Positions 8,102-18,767 of a stretch of 64,000 bases of DNA are shown here, one piece after another. Made by a program: the position numbers and the translations under genes. Source of the DNA: Candidatus Latescibacterota bacterium. GTDB taxonomy: Bacteria; Latescibacterota; UBA2968; UBA8231. The notes beneath the pieces were generated by a model that was not told the origin of the DNA, ran no database searches, and worked only from the letters and a program-made list of their open reading frames with translations. Positions within the stretch are counted from its first letter, which is position 1. Every line of letters starts with the position of its first letter. The DNA lies in assembly GCA_965243025.1 (NCBI GenBank), contig CBDETY010000003.1, forward strand, positions 2,272,001 through 2,336,000, given 5' to 3'.

Positions 8102-9012
8102 TGTCCCTCCTCCTGCTCCGGATAGCGCACCTCCACTCCCATGACCTGCTCCCACACCTTGATCATCGCCCCCTTGCTCTCCTCTCCGAAGCCGCGGGCA
8201 AGGGCCGTCTTGTAGGTCTGCATCGCCGCCGAAGCGACCGGCAGGGGCACCCGCAGGGCGTCGGCGTTCTCCATCACCGTCTTCATGTCCTTGAAGGCGG
8301 CCGCCATCGGGTAGCCCTCGTCGAACACCCCCCTGAGGGCGCGCTCGGAGAAGTAGTCGAAGCCGAAGCTCTGCCCCGAGCCCGAGCCCACCGCCAGGCG
8401 CATCTTCTCCGGGTCGAGGCCGAGGCGCGCGGCGAACGGGAGCATCTCGGCCATGGCGGCGCAGGAGATGTTGTAGAGCACGTTGTTGGTCATCTTGGCG
8501 AGCTGGCCGTTGCCCGGCTCCCCCATGTGCAGGACGAGGCTGCCGATCCGCTCCAGGACCGGGAGCACCGCGGCGAAGGCATCCTCGTCACCCCCGACCA
8601 TCACCGTCAGGGTTCCCGCCTCGGCGCGGGTCTCCATCCCGGTGACCGGGGCGTCGAGGAAGAAGGCGCGGCGGCCGGCCAGGCGGCGGGCGGTGGCGCG
8701 GGTGTACTCCGGGTGGGTTGTGCCGCAGTCGACGACGATGTCCCCCTCCTCCAGGGAGGCGAAAAGCCCCCCTTCCCCGAACACCACCTCGTCGACCGCA
8801 TCGGCGTCCGGCAGCGAGAGCAGGATCCGGTTGCAGGTCGCGGCTATATCGGTGACATTGTCAGCCGCCCCGGCGCCCCTGGCGGCGACCTCGGCCACCG
8901 CATCCCCGCGCAGGTCGAACACCGACGTGGGAAAGCCGCCGCAGATGTTGGCGGCCATGCGCCGCCCCATCGAACCGAGACCGATGAACCCGACTTTTTC
9001 CTTCAACCTCAT
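8098..9012 (-). CDS. NAD(P)-dependent beta-hydroxyacid dehydrogenase (3-hydroxyisobutyrate DH family)
   Basis: VGFIGLGSMG, LDAPVTG, GTLTVMVGG, GQLAKMTNN. Confidence 0.9.
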   Translation of the reverse strand: MRLKEKVGFIGLGSMGRRMAANICGGFPTSVFDLRGDAVAEVAARGAGAADNVTDIAATCNRILLSLPDADAVDEVVFGEGGLFASLEEGDIVVDCGTTHPEYTRATARRLAGRRAFFLDAPVTGMETRAEAGTLTVMVGGDEDAFAAVLPVLERIGSLVLHMGEPGNGQLAKMTNNVLYNISCAAMAEMLPFAARLGLDPEKMRLAVGSGSGQSFGFDYFSERALRGVFDEGYPMAAAFKDMKTVMENADALRVPLPVASAAMQTYKTALARGFGEESKGAMIKVWEQVMGVEVRYPEQEEGQ

Positions 9013-9063
9013 CACCCCTTTCTCTTTCCTGACGCCGACCCCGGCCGTCCCGAGCCGCCGCAC

Positions 9064-9630
9064 ATGAGCAGATTCAGGCAGTTGGACCGCACCGACCTCG
9101 ACACCGAGCAGACTCGCATCTACGACGACATCGTCGATACCCGGGGCAGCATCGACGGCCCGTTCCGCACCTGGCTGCACAGCCCCGAGCTCGCCGACCG
9201 CGCCCAGAAACTGGGGGAATTCGTCCGCTACCGCACCAGCCTGGGGCCGCGCCTGAGCGAGCTGGGGATCCTCGTCACGGCGCGCTTCTGGGACTGCCAG
9301 GTCGAGTGGACCCTGCACGAGCCGCCGGCCATCGAGGCCGGCCTCAACCGCAACACCATCGACGCGATCCGCCACAGCCAGTACCCGGAGTTCAACCGCA
9401 AGGACGAGCGCGCCGTGTACGACTACACCAGCGAGCTGCTCTACAACCGCTTCGTCCAGGACCGCTCCTTCGCCGCGGCCAACGAGGAGCTGGGCAAGAC
9501 CGGCGTCGTCGAGCTGACCGGCCTGATCGGCTACTACAGCATGGTGGCCCTGACCCTGAACGGGTTCCAGGTGCCGGTCCCCGACAACTACGCGCCCTCC
9601 CTCGTCGACTGCCCCACCTTCCGGCGCTGA
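9064..9630 (+). CDS. Carboxymuconolactone decarboxylase/AhpD-like protein
   Basis: GPFRTWLHSPELA...LGEFVRY...ELGILVTAR...EWTLH...GVVELTGLIGYY. Confidence 0.85.
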   Translation: MSRFRQLDRTDLDTEQTRIYDDIVDTRGSIDGPFRTWLHSPELADRAQKLGEFVRYRTSLGPRLSELGILVTARFWDCQVEWTLHEPPAIEAGLNRNTIDAIRHSQYPEFNRKDERAVYDYTSELLYNRFVQDRSFAAANEELGKTGVVELTGLIGYYSMVALTLNGFQVPVPDNYAPSLVDCPTFRR

Positions 9631-9846
9631 AGCCCGGGCTCTCAGGGAGGGTCCGGTTTCCTTGCGCAGCATTCATCGCCAGCAGGTTCCGCTCCGGCTG
9701 ACGGACTGCGCGAAGGGGGGCTCGACCCTACGAGGTCTTCCTGACCTGCCGTATTCCAAAAGGGGTGGCTCGGCCATACACCCCTGCCCTTCATGCACCC
9801 ATCCCCCAGCTGGCGTTGCCCCGGTCGCCCGGTACCGGCCGAACCC

Positions 9847-10755
9847 CTACGCCAGTACCTCGCAAGCCTGCCGGATCTGCTCCGGGCGCTTGATCCCGAG
9901 CAGGATGCTGGTGATCCCGGGAACCGCGACGGTCTCCTTCAGCACGTGCTCGTAGAGGCTCCGCCCCTGCTCCAGGGCAGCTTCCCGCAGCTTGCTCACC
10001 TGCCCCATGATCTCCTCGTCGTCGAGTTGCGAAATCCACGCCGGGTTGTCCTTCGCCCGGCTGCCGGACGGAATCCCCCCTTCGTACTTGCCACTCAGCA
10101 GGCCGCTCTCCAGCACCCGGTACGGGACCAGGCCGATTCCCGCGCCGCGGCAGAGCGGCATCAGGTCCGCCTCGATGCCGCGGAAAACGAGGCTGTACTG
10201 CGGCTGATGCAGCACCGGCCGCGGCCAGCCGTCGGCGTCGCAGGCGGCAAGAAGGTCCCTGGTCTGTCCGCTGTCGAAGTTGGAGATCCCCCAGAAGCGG
10301 ACCTTCCCCTCCTCGATCAGTTTCGCCATCGCCTCGATGGACTCCTCGAGCGGGGTGGCCTCGTCCGGGGTGTGCATGTAGTAGACGTCGATCCGGTCGG
10401 TCCGCAGGCGGCGCAGGCTGCGCTCGCACTCCCGCCGCATGTGGGGGGCGCTCAGGCCGCGGTCCCCTGCCTCCGGCCCGATGGCCATCCCGACCTTGGT
10501 CGCGACCACCGCTTCCCCCCTGCGGCCGGCAAGGGCTTTCCCGAGGAGCTCCTCCGAGAGGCCGCCGGCAGACCCGATGTAGCGGGTGTAGCCCTCGTAC
10601 ATGTTGGCGGTGTCGAAGAAGTTGGCGCCGCCGTCGAGGGCGGCGTCGACGATGGCCGCGGCCTCGGCTTCCCCGACCGGGGTGCCGAAGAGCATGGTTC
10701 CGACGCATACCGCGGAGACCTCGATGTCGGTGTTGGGGATCAGCCTCGATTGCAC
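9847..10755 (-). CDS. Aldo/keto reductase
   Basis: GTMLFG, FFDTANMY, VVATKVG, SLRRLRTDRIDVYYMH, GISNF. Confidence 0.92.
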   Translation of the reverse strand: MQSRLIPNTDIEVSAVCVGTMLFGTPVGEAEAAAIVDAALDGGANFFDTANMYEGYTRYIGSAGGLSEELLGKALAGRRGEAVVATKVGMAIGPEAGDRGLSAPHMRRECERSLRRLRTDRIDVYYMHTPDEATPLEESIEAMAKLIEEGKVRFWGISNFDSGQTRDLLAACDADGWPRPVLHQPQYSLVFRGIEADLMPLCRGAGIGLVPYRVLESGLLSGKYEGGIPSGSRAKDNPAWISQLDDEEIMGQVSKLREAALEQGRSLYEHVLKETVAVPGITSILLGIKRPEQIRQACEVLA

Positions 10756-11133
10756 GTCGTTTGCCTGCCTGTCCGGTAATGAGGGGGGTGCGTTTCCGCC
10801 AGGGGCTTCCCGGCGCGCGCGGCTCTAATCAGGGCGCCGGGGCCCCGGGTCGCAACCGCGGTGGGTCTGGACCCGGGCGAAGCAGAGCAGAGCCCGGGGC
10901 TCTGCCGTGTTGCCGGACAGGGCGCGGAACTGGCTCCAAACCGGCCGAAGCCGATCCGCCCCCACGGGACACCGGACCCGCGGGGCGCTGCAGAACGGAG
11001 CAGCGCATGACCGCTCCCGGCCGTCCGCGGGCTTGCCGAACCCGCCATTCCCCCGGTCAGCGGGAGGCCCAAACCGCGCCAGGTCAGCGGCGGCTTTACC
11101 CATCCATAAGCCCGGCTCCATATTGTCCGCTCC

Positions 11134-12306
11134 ATGCCCTGGAAACGCCACAACGTTATCTACAAGAAGGCCGGTTCCTACTCCTGTTTTCCGGACCTGA
11201 GCAAGCAGGCGGACGGGACCCTTGTGGCCGCGGTGACCGAGCGGGAGTGGCCCTCCCACTCCTCCACCGGACAGGTGCGGGTTTTCCTGTCCCGGGACGG
11301 CGAGCAGTGGGAGGAGAGCGGCGACACCTCCCTGCCGCCGCTCTGGCCGGGGGCGACGGGCAAGTTCCGCTCCGAACTGCCTGACGGCGCCTGGCTCGAC
11401 GTCGGAGCCGGCGGGCTCGACGGCCACGCCGACGCTCCCGGAGTGCGTCCCGTGTCGGAGCGGCCGCGGTGGGAGGCCGAGGGCTGCCTCACCGCGGACC
11501 ACGAAAAGGACGACACCCTCTTCTACCTCAGCGGCCGCGACCTGAACGTCTCCAGGTCCGGCGACGGCGGCAGGACCTGGGAGAGACAGTCGATCCCGGC
11601 GCCTGAAGGGATGAGGAATCTCTGCGGCTTTCGCGGCCTGCGCCTGACCGACGGGACCCTGCTGTTCCCCGCGGGCGGCAGGTTCGATCTGCCCGGTGTC
11701 GATCCGGGCGGGAACGGGGACGGTCCCTGGCGGCAGTGGGTCGCCCGCTCGGCCGACGACGGCCGCACCTGGGAGTGGGTGCCGATGGTCGAGGACGCCA
11801 CCGGCTCCTTCACCGAGGAGACCAGCCTGCTCGAGCTGCCAGGCAGCCGCGTCCTGGCGATGACGCGCTGCCACCGGCCCGGCCCCACCGGGTACCTGTG
11901 GCAGCAGTGGTCGGCCGACGGGGGCCGCTCCTGGAGCGAGCCGGTCGAGACCCGGGTCTGGGGCTACCCCTGCCACCTGCTGCGCCTGCGGGACGGCGGC
12001 ATCCTGTGCAGCTACGGGTACCGCTTCAAGCCGGCCGGCATCCGCGCCGTGGTCAGCCCCAACGGCTGGTTCTGGGACCTCGAGGGGATGCGGGTCCTGC
12101 GCGACGACGGCGGCGCCCCGGCCCTGGGCTGGGGCGAGGAGCAACTGCGCAAGTTCGAGGAGCGCGGCGTCGCCGGCGCCGATCTCGGCTACCCCCTTAC
12201 CGAGCAACTCGAGGACGGGTCCCTCGTCACCGTGTATTACATCACCGGCCCCGACCGGATCACCCACGCGGCGGCGACCCGGTGGCGGCTCGAAGGGGAG
12301 CTGTAG
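11134..12306 (+). CDS. BNR/Asp-box sialidase-like beta-propeller protein
   Basis: Multiple SxDxGxTW Asp-boxes; C-terminal DLGYP...LEDGSLVTVYY. Confidence 0.8.
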   Translation: MPWKRHNVIYKKAGSYSCFPDLSKQADGTLVAAVTEREWPSHSSTGQVRVFLSRDGEQWEESGDTSLPPLWPGATGKFRSELPDGAWLDVGAGGLDGHADAPGVRPVSERPRWEAEGCLTADHEKDDTLFYLSGRDLNVSRSGDGGRTWERQSIPAPEGMRNLCGFRGLRLTDGTLLFPAGGRFDLPGVDPGGNGDGPWRQWVARSADDGRTWEWVPMVEDATGSFTEETSLLELPGSRVLAMTRCHRPGPTGYLWQQWSADGGRSWSEPVETRVWGYPCHLLRLRDGGILCSYGYRFKPAGIRAVVSPNGWFWDLEGMRVLRDDGGAPALGWGEEQLRKFEERGVAGADLGYPLTEQLEDGSLVTVYYITGPDRITHAAATRWRLEGEL

Positions 12307-12464
12307 GGCGGATCTGCCTGCAGTCATTGCCCCCACCTGCCCACCGGTTCATCGCCGGGCGGGATCCGGGGGGAACTCCTGCCTGGTCCGGAAAACTCCG
12401 CCGGCGAGCGCCGGCTGGCGCGATGACCGCAGGGGACTGGTGCAGTCGGGCGGTAAGGTGGAGA

Positions 12465-14759
12465 ATGGATCGATTGAGAAGAGCGGTTACCTGGACCATG
12501 GCGGCTGTCGCAACCGCGGCTCTGAACGGCGCCTCCTCCGCGGTTCCCGATGACCCGGTGGCCGAAAGCCCGGCCACCCTCAGCGGCTTCATCCGCGACC
12601 GCAGCGACGGCGAGCGCCTCCCCAACGCCACGGTGGCGGTCGGGGACCGGCAAATGGGCACCCTCAGCAACGCCGAAGGCTACTACGCCCTGCCCGGAAT
12701 CCCGCCGGGAACCTGGGTGATCGCCGTTTCCTACATCGGCTACGCCGTCCACCGGGACACCGTCCACCTCGACGCCGGCCAGGAGCTGCGCCTGGATGTC
12801 GAGCTGGATCCGGAGGAGCTGAGGATGGAAGCCGTCGTCGTCGAAGCCGAGGGGGAGCGGGTGAAGAGCGAGTTGAGCCAGCAGACGAGCGTCGTCGTCC
12901 TGCCGATGACATCCCTGAAGAAGATGCCGGCCATGGGCGAGCCCGACCTGCTGCGCAGCCTGCAGCTGCTGCCCGGCGTCCAGACGTCGTCGGATTACAG
13001 CAGCGGGCTCTACGTCCGCGGCGGCGGACCCGACCAGACCGGCATCCTGCTCGACCAGGTGCGGCTCTACAACCCGTCCCACGCCTTCGGTTTCTTCTCC
13101 ACCTTCAACCCGGATGCCATCAAGGACGTCACCTTCTACAAGGGGGCTTACCCGGCCCGGTACGGCGGCAACCTCGGGGCCGTTCTCGACGTGCAGAACC
13201 GCGACGGCAACCGCCGCCGGTTCAGCAACCGCGGGGGAGTCAGCCTGATCTCCAGCCGCTTCATGAGCGAGGGGCCCCTCGGCCGGGGCTCGTGGATGGC
13301 GGCCGGGAGGCGCACCTACATCGATCCGGCCCTGCGGGCGTTGCGCAGAGCCGTCGACGACCTCGACGGCCTGGGCTACTGGTTCTACGACCTCAACGCC
13401 AGGATCAACACCCAGCTGACCCCTGACGACAACCTCATGGTCAGCGCCTACGGGGGTGAAGACCATCTCGACATCTCGGTGGGCGACAGCACCAACACCC
13501 TCGGCTTCGCCAACGAGTGGGGCAACCGCGCCCTCACGGGACGCTGGACGCACCTGTTCTCGCCGTCGCTCTTCGGGCGCGCCATCCTTCTGTATTCCAG
13601 GTACCACAGCGACATCATCATCGACCTGTTCGGCACTCCGATCGAGATACGCAACAAGGTGCGGGACGTCACTCTCAAGGGGGATCTCGACTGGTTCGCC
13701 TCCCCGAACCACACGTTGCGCGGGGGAATCGACATCACCCGTTTCCGCTTCGACTACGGGGTGCGCTTCGACGAGTACGAAGAGAACCAGGTCGTACAGC
13801 CGTACCTGCTCTCCGCCTATATCGAGGACGACTGGCAGGCGACGCCACTGACCGAGGCCCTGCTGGGTCTGCGCGCAACCTGGTACGAGGAGGGAGGGCA
13901 TTTGTCCCTGAACCCGCGCCTTTCGCTCAGCCGGGTGTTGCGGGAGGGCTTGCGCGTCAAGCTCGCCGGCGGAAGCTACCGGCAATACCTGCAGCTGGTG
14001 TCGACGGAGGGGTTCGGCGGCGGCGACGTCTGGGGCTCCCTCGACGAGACCGTGGATCCCGGGCGCTCCTGGCAGGGGGTCTCGGGACTGGAGTGGGAGC
14101 CCTCCGGAATCTGGCGGTTCAGCCTCGAGTCCTACTACACCGACCTGGCCAACCTGGTGGTCCTCGACGAGGACCGGGAGGAGAACGCGGAACAGCAGAC
14201 CTCGGAGGACGTGTTCAAGACCGGGGGGGAGGGGTACGCCACCGGACTCGAGCTGTTCGCGGAAAAACGGCGGGGGGCACTGACCGGCTGGCTGGGCTAT
14301 ACCCTCGGATGGACGCGGAGGAAGTTCCCGGAGATCGACGAGGGGCGCTCCTTTCCGCCCAAGTACGACCGCCGGCACGACGTCTCGCTGACCGCCAGGT
14401 ACTCCTCGGGCCGCTGGACCTGGACGGCCAATTTCGTCCACGGCACCGGCCAGGCCTACACCCCGGCGGGGGCCCGCTACACCCTGCGCGACCCGGCGTC
14501 GGACCGCCCGGTCGACCGCCTCCTGGCGGCGCGTCGCAACAGCGCCCGGCTGCTCCCCTACCACCGCCTCGATGCCGGGGCGCGGCGCCAGGTCCGGCTC
14601 TTCGGAGCCGAGGCCGAGTTCTACCTGCAGGTCTTCAATCTCTACAACCGCCGCAACGAGTGGTTCATCCAGTACCACCCCGAGGATTCCGAAAAGGAAC
14701 CCACCGTGGTCAGGATGCTGCCGGTTCTGCCGACCTTCGGCTTCGACTTCAGGTTCTGA
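12465..14759 (+). CDS. TonB-dependent receptor with N-terminal carboxypeptidase-regulatory-like domain
   Basis: LSGFIRD...GERLPNATV; plug GEPDLLRSLQLLPGV...VRGGGPDQ; YKGAYPARYGG; terminal FDFRF. Confidence 0.92.
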   Translation: MDRLRRAVTWTMAAVATAALNGASSAVPDDPVAESPATLSGFIRDRSDGERLPNATVAVGDRQMGTLSNAEGYYALPGIPPGTWVIAVSYIGYAVHRDTVHLDAGQELRLDVELDPEELRMEAVVVEAEGERVKSELSQQTSVVVLPMTSLKKMPAMGEPDLLRSLQLLPGVQTSSDYSSGLYVRGGGPDQTGILLDQVRLYNPSHAFGFFSTFNPDAIKDVTFYKGAYPARYGGNLGAVLDVQNRDGNRRRFSNRGGVSLISSRFMSEGPLGRGSWMAAGRRTYIDPALRALRRAVDDLDGLGYWFYDLNARINTQLTPDDNLMVSAYGGEDHLDISVGDSTNTLGFANEWGNRALTGRWTHLFSPSLFGRAILLYSRYHSDIIIDLFGTPIEIRNKVRDVTLKGDLDWFASPNHTLRGGIDITRFRFDYGVRFDEYEENQVVQPYLLSAYIEDDWQATPLTEALLGLRATWYEEGGHLSLNPRLSLSRVLREGLRVKLAGGSYRQYLQLVSTEGFGGGDVWGSLDETVDPGRSWQGVSGLEWEPSGIWRFSLESYYTDLANLVVLDEDREENAEQQTSEDVFKTGGEGYATGLELFAEKRRGALTGWLGYTLGWTRRKFPEIDEGRSFPPKYDRRHDVSLTARYSSGRWTWTANFVHGTGQAYTPAGARYTLRDPASDRPVDRLLAARRNSARLLPYHRLDAGARRQVRLFGAEAEFYLQVFNLYNRRNEWFIQYHPEDSEKEPTVVRMLPVLPTFGFDFRF

Positions 14760-14763
14760 TACG

Positions 14764-15780
14764 ATGACTGCATGGCTTTTGCTGCTGGCTCTTCTGCCGC
14801 TCCTGTCCTGCGACGCCCCGGGCCCCCTGGCGGCCGACCGGGATCCCGGGGAGCTGTTCGGCCCCGGCGAGGAGAAGCTGATCGTGGTCGACGCCGTCCT
14901 CGTCGTCGACGCGCCGCTGCCGCCGGTCATGTTGCGGCGCACCGAGGCCCCCGGAGTTCCCTACGAGGCGGCGGCAACCGGCCTGACCGGGGCGGAGGTT
15001 CTCGTTCGGAGCGGCGATGCCCTGTTCGAGTACGGCCCAGACCCGGAAACGGCCGGGCGCTACCTGCCGCCCGGAGGCGCCCCGCGGGTCGAGCCCGGCC
15101 GCGTTTACGAGTTGCAGGCGACAAGCGGCGACGCCCCGGTGGTGCGCGCCCGGACCCGGACGCCCGGGCGGGTGCGCATCGAGGAGCTGGTCTGGATCGA
15201 CGACGACCTGGAGACCGAGCTGCAGCAGCTCCGGCTTTTCTCCGAGATCGGGGACGAGGTCTACGGCGCCGGGGAGAACCAGCTGGAGTACACCCGGGGA
15301 CTGCTGATAGCCCGGCTCGGGGACGGCGGGGAAACCGGGTTCTACCAGTTCGCCACGTCCAACCTCGAGAGCTCCAGTCCGTACCTGTTCGACACCGACT
15401 GGATCGAGGAGGGAGACCTGGAGGACGAGGAGGGTTTCGAGCTGGAGCGCGACAACACCTCCCCCCTGTTCCGCGCCGAGGAAAGCGAGCTCTACCTCCC
15501 CTGGGACGGCATCTATTACATGGGGCGTTACAAGGTCAGGCTCTACGCCGTCGACCGGAACTGGTACGACCTCGTGCGCACCGACAACATCGATTCGGAG
15601 CGCGGCACGGGGGAGGCCGGCCAGTCGTTTCAACGGCCCCTGTTCCACGTCGAGAACGGGATCGGCCTGTTCGCCTCGGCCTCGGTGGATTCCTTCGGCT
15701 TCTTCGTCCGGCCCCAGGGAACCCCGGCCTGCTCCGGGTGCGAGTGCTGGGAGTGCGGGGAAGCCTCGCCGGACGAGTGA
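14764..15780 (+). CDS. DUF4249-like lipoprotein, partner of the TonB receptor
   Basis: Lipobox LLSC; KLIVVDAVL; C-terminal HVENGIGLFAS; 4 nt after the receptor stop. Confidence 0.75.
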   Translation: MTAWLLLLALLPLLSCDAPGPLAADRDPGELFGPGEEKLIVVDAVLVVDAPLPPVMLRRTEAPGVPYEAAATGLTGAEVLVRSGDALFEYGPDPETAGRYLPPGGAPRVEPGRVYELQATSGDAPVVRARTRTPGRVRIEELVWIDDDLETELQQLRLFSEIGDEVYGAGENQLEYTRGLLIARLGDGGETGFYQFATSNLESSSPYLFDTDWIEEGDLEDEEGFELERDNTSPLFRAEESELYLPWDGIYYMGRYKVRLYAVDRNWYDLVRTDNIDSERGTGEAGQSFQRPLFHVENGIGLFASASVDSFGFFVRPQGTPACSGCECWECGEASPDE

Positions 15781-15837
15781 TCGGCGCCGTCGACCGGACA
15801 CTGCGGCCGGGGTACCGGCCGCTCCCGGCTCCTGACC

Positions 15838-17715
15838 TCAGAAGACCAGCCGCGCCAGGCTGTGCCGGGGAAGCCTGAAGGCAACCCCGCCGTCAATCGG
15901 CTCGACCTCGAGGCTGCCGGTTTCGAACCTCGACGCCGGCAGGAAATCAGGGCTGCTCATCAGCACTCCCTCCGACAGCCCGGCCGGCTCTCCAGCGAAC
16001 GACAGCCGCACCCCTGCCGCTGCGGCCGGGCTCCGGTTGACGAGGGTGACGACCAGCCGCCCGGAAGCGGGGTCCTTCGACGCGAGGCCGTCGACCTGCC
16101 CCCCGCCGTCGCCGCGCATCGCCACCAGGCTGTTTCCCGAATGCGCCCTGAACAGGGAGAACGCCTGGCCGACAGGCGTAAGCCGGGAGGCGAACCGCTC
16201 GACGACGATCGCCCCCTCGTTCACCGGCTCGAAGTAGCAGCCGATGGTCACCCCGGCTTCCGCGGCGGTGCGGCAGAGCGAGTGCAGCATGCCCCCGGCG
16301 TAGATACCCTCGGCCACCCCGGGGGTGCGGTACCAGGAGTACCACACGTTCCACTCGTCGAAGGAGATCCCGACCTCCTTCCCGGGCGGGGTGACCGCGT
16401 CGAGCCGGGCGCGCACGTCGCGGAACCGCTGCTCGGTGCGGGACGGGGCCCCCGCGAGGCGGGCGAACTGCTCCTCCGCCTCCGCCCCGAGGTAGGTGGA
16501 CAGCTCCCGGTCGTACTGGTGCAGGGCGATGTGGTCGACGATCCCGGCCAGCGGCGGCAGCCCTTCGCTGAACCACTCCTCCCGGCGCCACTCCCCCGAC
16601 ATCACCAGCTCGAGGTCGGCGCCGGCGGCGCGCAGGGCCTCGGCGCAGGCCCGCGCCTTTTCCGCGTACTCCCGGGTGGAGTTGGGGCCCTCCATGTGGC
16701 CGTACCCCAGCTCGTTCCCCAGCGACCAGTAGCGCACCCCGTACGGTTCGGGGTGCCCCCTTTCGATGCGCAGGCGCCCCCACTCGCTCTCCTCGCCGGC
16801 GTTGCAGTACTCGACCCAGGCGGCGCATTCCTGAGGCCGGTCCCAGGCGAGGTTGAGGGAGATGAACGGCTCGGCCCCCACCTCCCGGCACAGGGCAACG
16901 AACTCGTCGATGCCGACCTCGTGAAAGTCGAAGCCGAAGCTGTGCGGCAGGGTCTCGACCTCCTGCCAGGTGTTGATCGGGGGGCGCATGTCGGTTTCGA
17001 GGAGGCCGTCCTGCCAGCGGTAGTCCCCGGCGAAGTTGCCGCCCGGCCAGCGCAGGATCGGGCAGCCGATCTCCTTGAGCAGGGCGACGACGTCGGGCCG
17101 CATGCCGTGGAAACTGCCGGCGTCGAGCAGCGACACGCTGCCGATGCGGACCTCGGCCGCCCCCTCGAAGGTGATCTCGAGGCGGGCGCCGGGATCGGCC
17201 GCCGCGGCGGTGAAGCTGAACTCGTGCGCCCCCCAGCGGTCGGACAGCTCCGCCTCCCCGGTGAACAGCGGATTGCCTCCGGAGCCCCCGGTCAGGGCGA
17301 CGGTCACGGACGGGGCCGTTCCCCTGGCCGCCACCCGCAGCCGGTACTCGCGGCCCCCTTCGAGGGGGATTCCCTCCTGGCCGATGCCGCACCGTTGTCC
17401 CGGGGCGCATCCCTGCACGAGCTGGCTGTGGATGTTGTTGTGGCGCCGGGCGCGCTGCAGGCGGCCCGTCATCCAGGGGCGGGTGTACGCGTCCTCGGCG
17501 TCGAGGGTCAGGAAGGTCTGCGGGGGGCCGATCCGGTACCACTCCATGGCGGCGCCGCTGAGCTGCTGCGGCTTGCCGGCGAACTTGCGGTTGCGGACCA
17601 GCTGGGAGCAGAGGCCGCGCCAGGTGCAGCTGCGGGTGTGCTCCAGGTTGTGGCCGAACAGGAGCGGCTCTATGCGCGCCCCCGCGGCCCCGGGATCTAT
17701 CGAAAACTCCGTCAT
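15838..17715 (-). CDS. GH51 alpha-L-arabinofuranosidase
   Basis: LFGHNLEH, LRWPGGNFA, YWSLGNE (acid/base), SFDEWN (nucleophile). Confidence 0.9.
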   Translation of the reverse strand: MTEFSIDPGAAGARIEPLLFGHNLEHTRSCTWRGLCSQLVRNRKFAGKPQQLSGAAMEWYRIGPPQTFLTLDAEDAYTRPWMTGRLQRARRHNNIHSQLVQGCAPGQRCGIGQEGIPLEGGREYRLRVAARGTAPSVTVALTGGSGGNPLFTGEAELSDRWGAHEFSFTAAAADPGARLEITFEGAAEVRIGSVSLLDAGSFHGMRPDVVALLKEIGCPILRWPGGNFAGDYRWQDGLLETDMRPPINTWQEVETLPHSFGFDFHEVGIDEFVALCREVGAEPFISLNLAWDRPQECAAWVEYCNAGEESEWGRLRIERGHPEPYGVRYWSLGNELGYGHMEGPNSTREYAEKARACAEALRAAGADLELVMSGEWRREEWFSEGLPPLAGIVDHIALHQYDRELSTYLGAEAEEQFARLAGAPSRTEQRFRDVRARLDAVTPPGKEVGISFDEWNVWYSWYRTPGVAEGIYAGGMLHSLCRTAAEAGVTIGCYFEPVNEGAIVVERFASRLTPVGQAFSLFRAHSGNSLVAMRGDGGGQVDGLASKDPASGRLVVTLVNRSPAAAAGVRLSFAGEPAGLSEGVLMSSPDFLPASRFETGSLEVEPIDGGVAFRLPRHSLARLVF

Positions 17716-17870
17716 GCCTGCCTTCTTCATCTCTTCTCTCTTTATCGAGTACACCGGGCTCGCATCCCCGGCGTTTCTTGAGATACAGGGCGGCTATCGT
17801 TTCCTTCCACCCCCTGCCGCGAAGGCAGGCAACCTCCAACTGAAACCAGCTTCAAAAAAGGGAGACTGTC

Positions 17871-18641
17871 ATGAACTCGGAACATCCCGGCCGCGTCGCC
17901 GGCAAAACAGCCATCGTCACCGGGGCCGCCTCGGGGATCGGGGAGGCGACCGCCAGGCGGCTGGCCGAGGAGGGAGCCTCGGTCACGGTCGCCGACATCG
18001 ACGATATCAACGGCAAGCGCGTCGCCGGGGAGATCAGGGCGGCCGGGGGAAACGCCCTTTTCATCAGGACCGACCTGAGCAGGACCCCCCAGATCGAGCG
18101 CATGATCGACCGCACCGAGCAGCACTTCGGACGCCTCGACATCCTCCACAACAACGCCATCGCCTTCCAGCACGGCTCGGCAACCGAGCTCGACGAATCC
18201 GGCTGGGACCTGACCCTGAACGTCGGCCTGAAGGCGGTTTTCCTGGCGTCGAAATACGGCATCCCGGCAATGCGCCGGACCGGAGGGGGGGTCATCATCA
18301 ATACCGGCTCGGTCCACTCGCTCGTCAGCTTCGCCACCTGCACCGCCTACGACTCGGCCAAGGCCGGAATCCTCGGGCTGACGCGGGTCCTCGCCCTCGA
18401 CTACGGCCCCGACATCCGCGTCAACGCGGTGCTGCCCGGGGCCATCCTCACCCCTTTGTGGGACAACCTCGAGGTGCCGGAGAAGGAGCGGCAGCGCTAC
18501 GCAGACATGGTGCCGGCCAAGCGGCTCGGCAACGGCGACGACATCGCCAACGCCGTGCTCTTCCTGGCGTCGGAGGAAGCCTCGTTCGTCACCGGCACCC
18601 ACCTCGTCGTCGACGGCGGGATGCTCTGCCGCGCCGAGTAG
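17871..18641 (+). CDS. SDR oxidoreductase
   Basis: TGAASGIG, NNA, YDSAK, VVDGG. Confidence 0.92.
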   Translation: MNSEHPGRVAGKTAIVTGAASGIGEATARRLAEEGASVTVADIDDINGKRVAGEIRAAGGNALFIRTDLSRTPQIERMIDRTEQHFGRLDILHNNAIAFQHGSATELDESGWDLTLNVGLKAVFLASKYGIPAMRRTGGGVIINTGSVHSLVSFATCTAYDSAKAGILGLTRVLALDYGPDIRVNAVLPGAILTPLWDNLEVPEKERQRYADMVPAKRLGNGDDIANAVLFLASEEASFVTGTHLVVDGGMLCRAE

Positions 18642-18767
18642 GAGCCTCCCGGTCCCGGGTGTATGGGCGGCATTCCCGTCCGAACGGGGAGGCCCCCGTT
18701 CTCCGCTTGAAACCCGCTCGCCCGGCCTCCGGCCCGCAAGCCAGCCCTGCCCGCCCGGAGGCACAGG

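Noticed and set aside
9715-9855. GTAG-type REP-like ends (also near 12303, 18638, 44175)
   Set aside because: Matches are short, often coincide with TAG stop codons, and show no consistent hairpin family or RAYT gene.
12306-12465. Cobalamin riboswitch upstream of the TonB receptor
   Set aside because: B12-box and GGGAA...GCCACTG core not seen.
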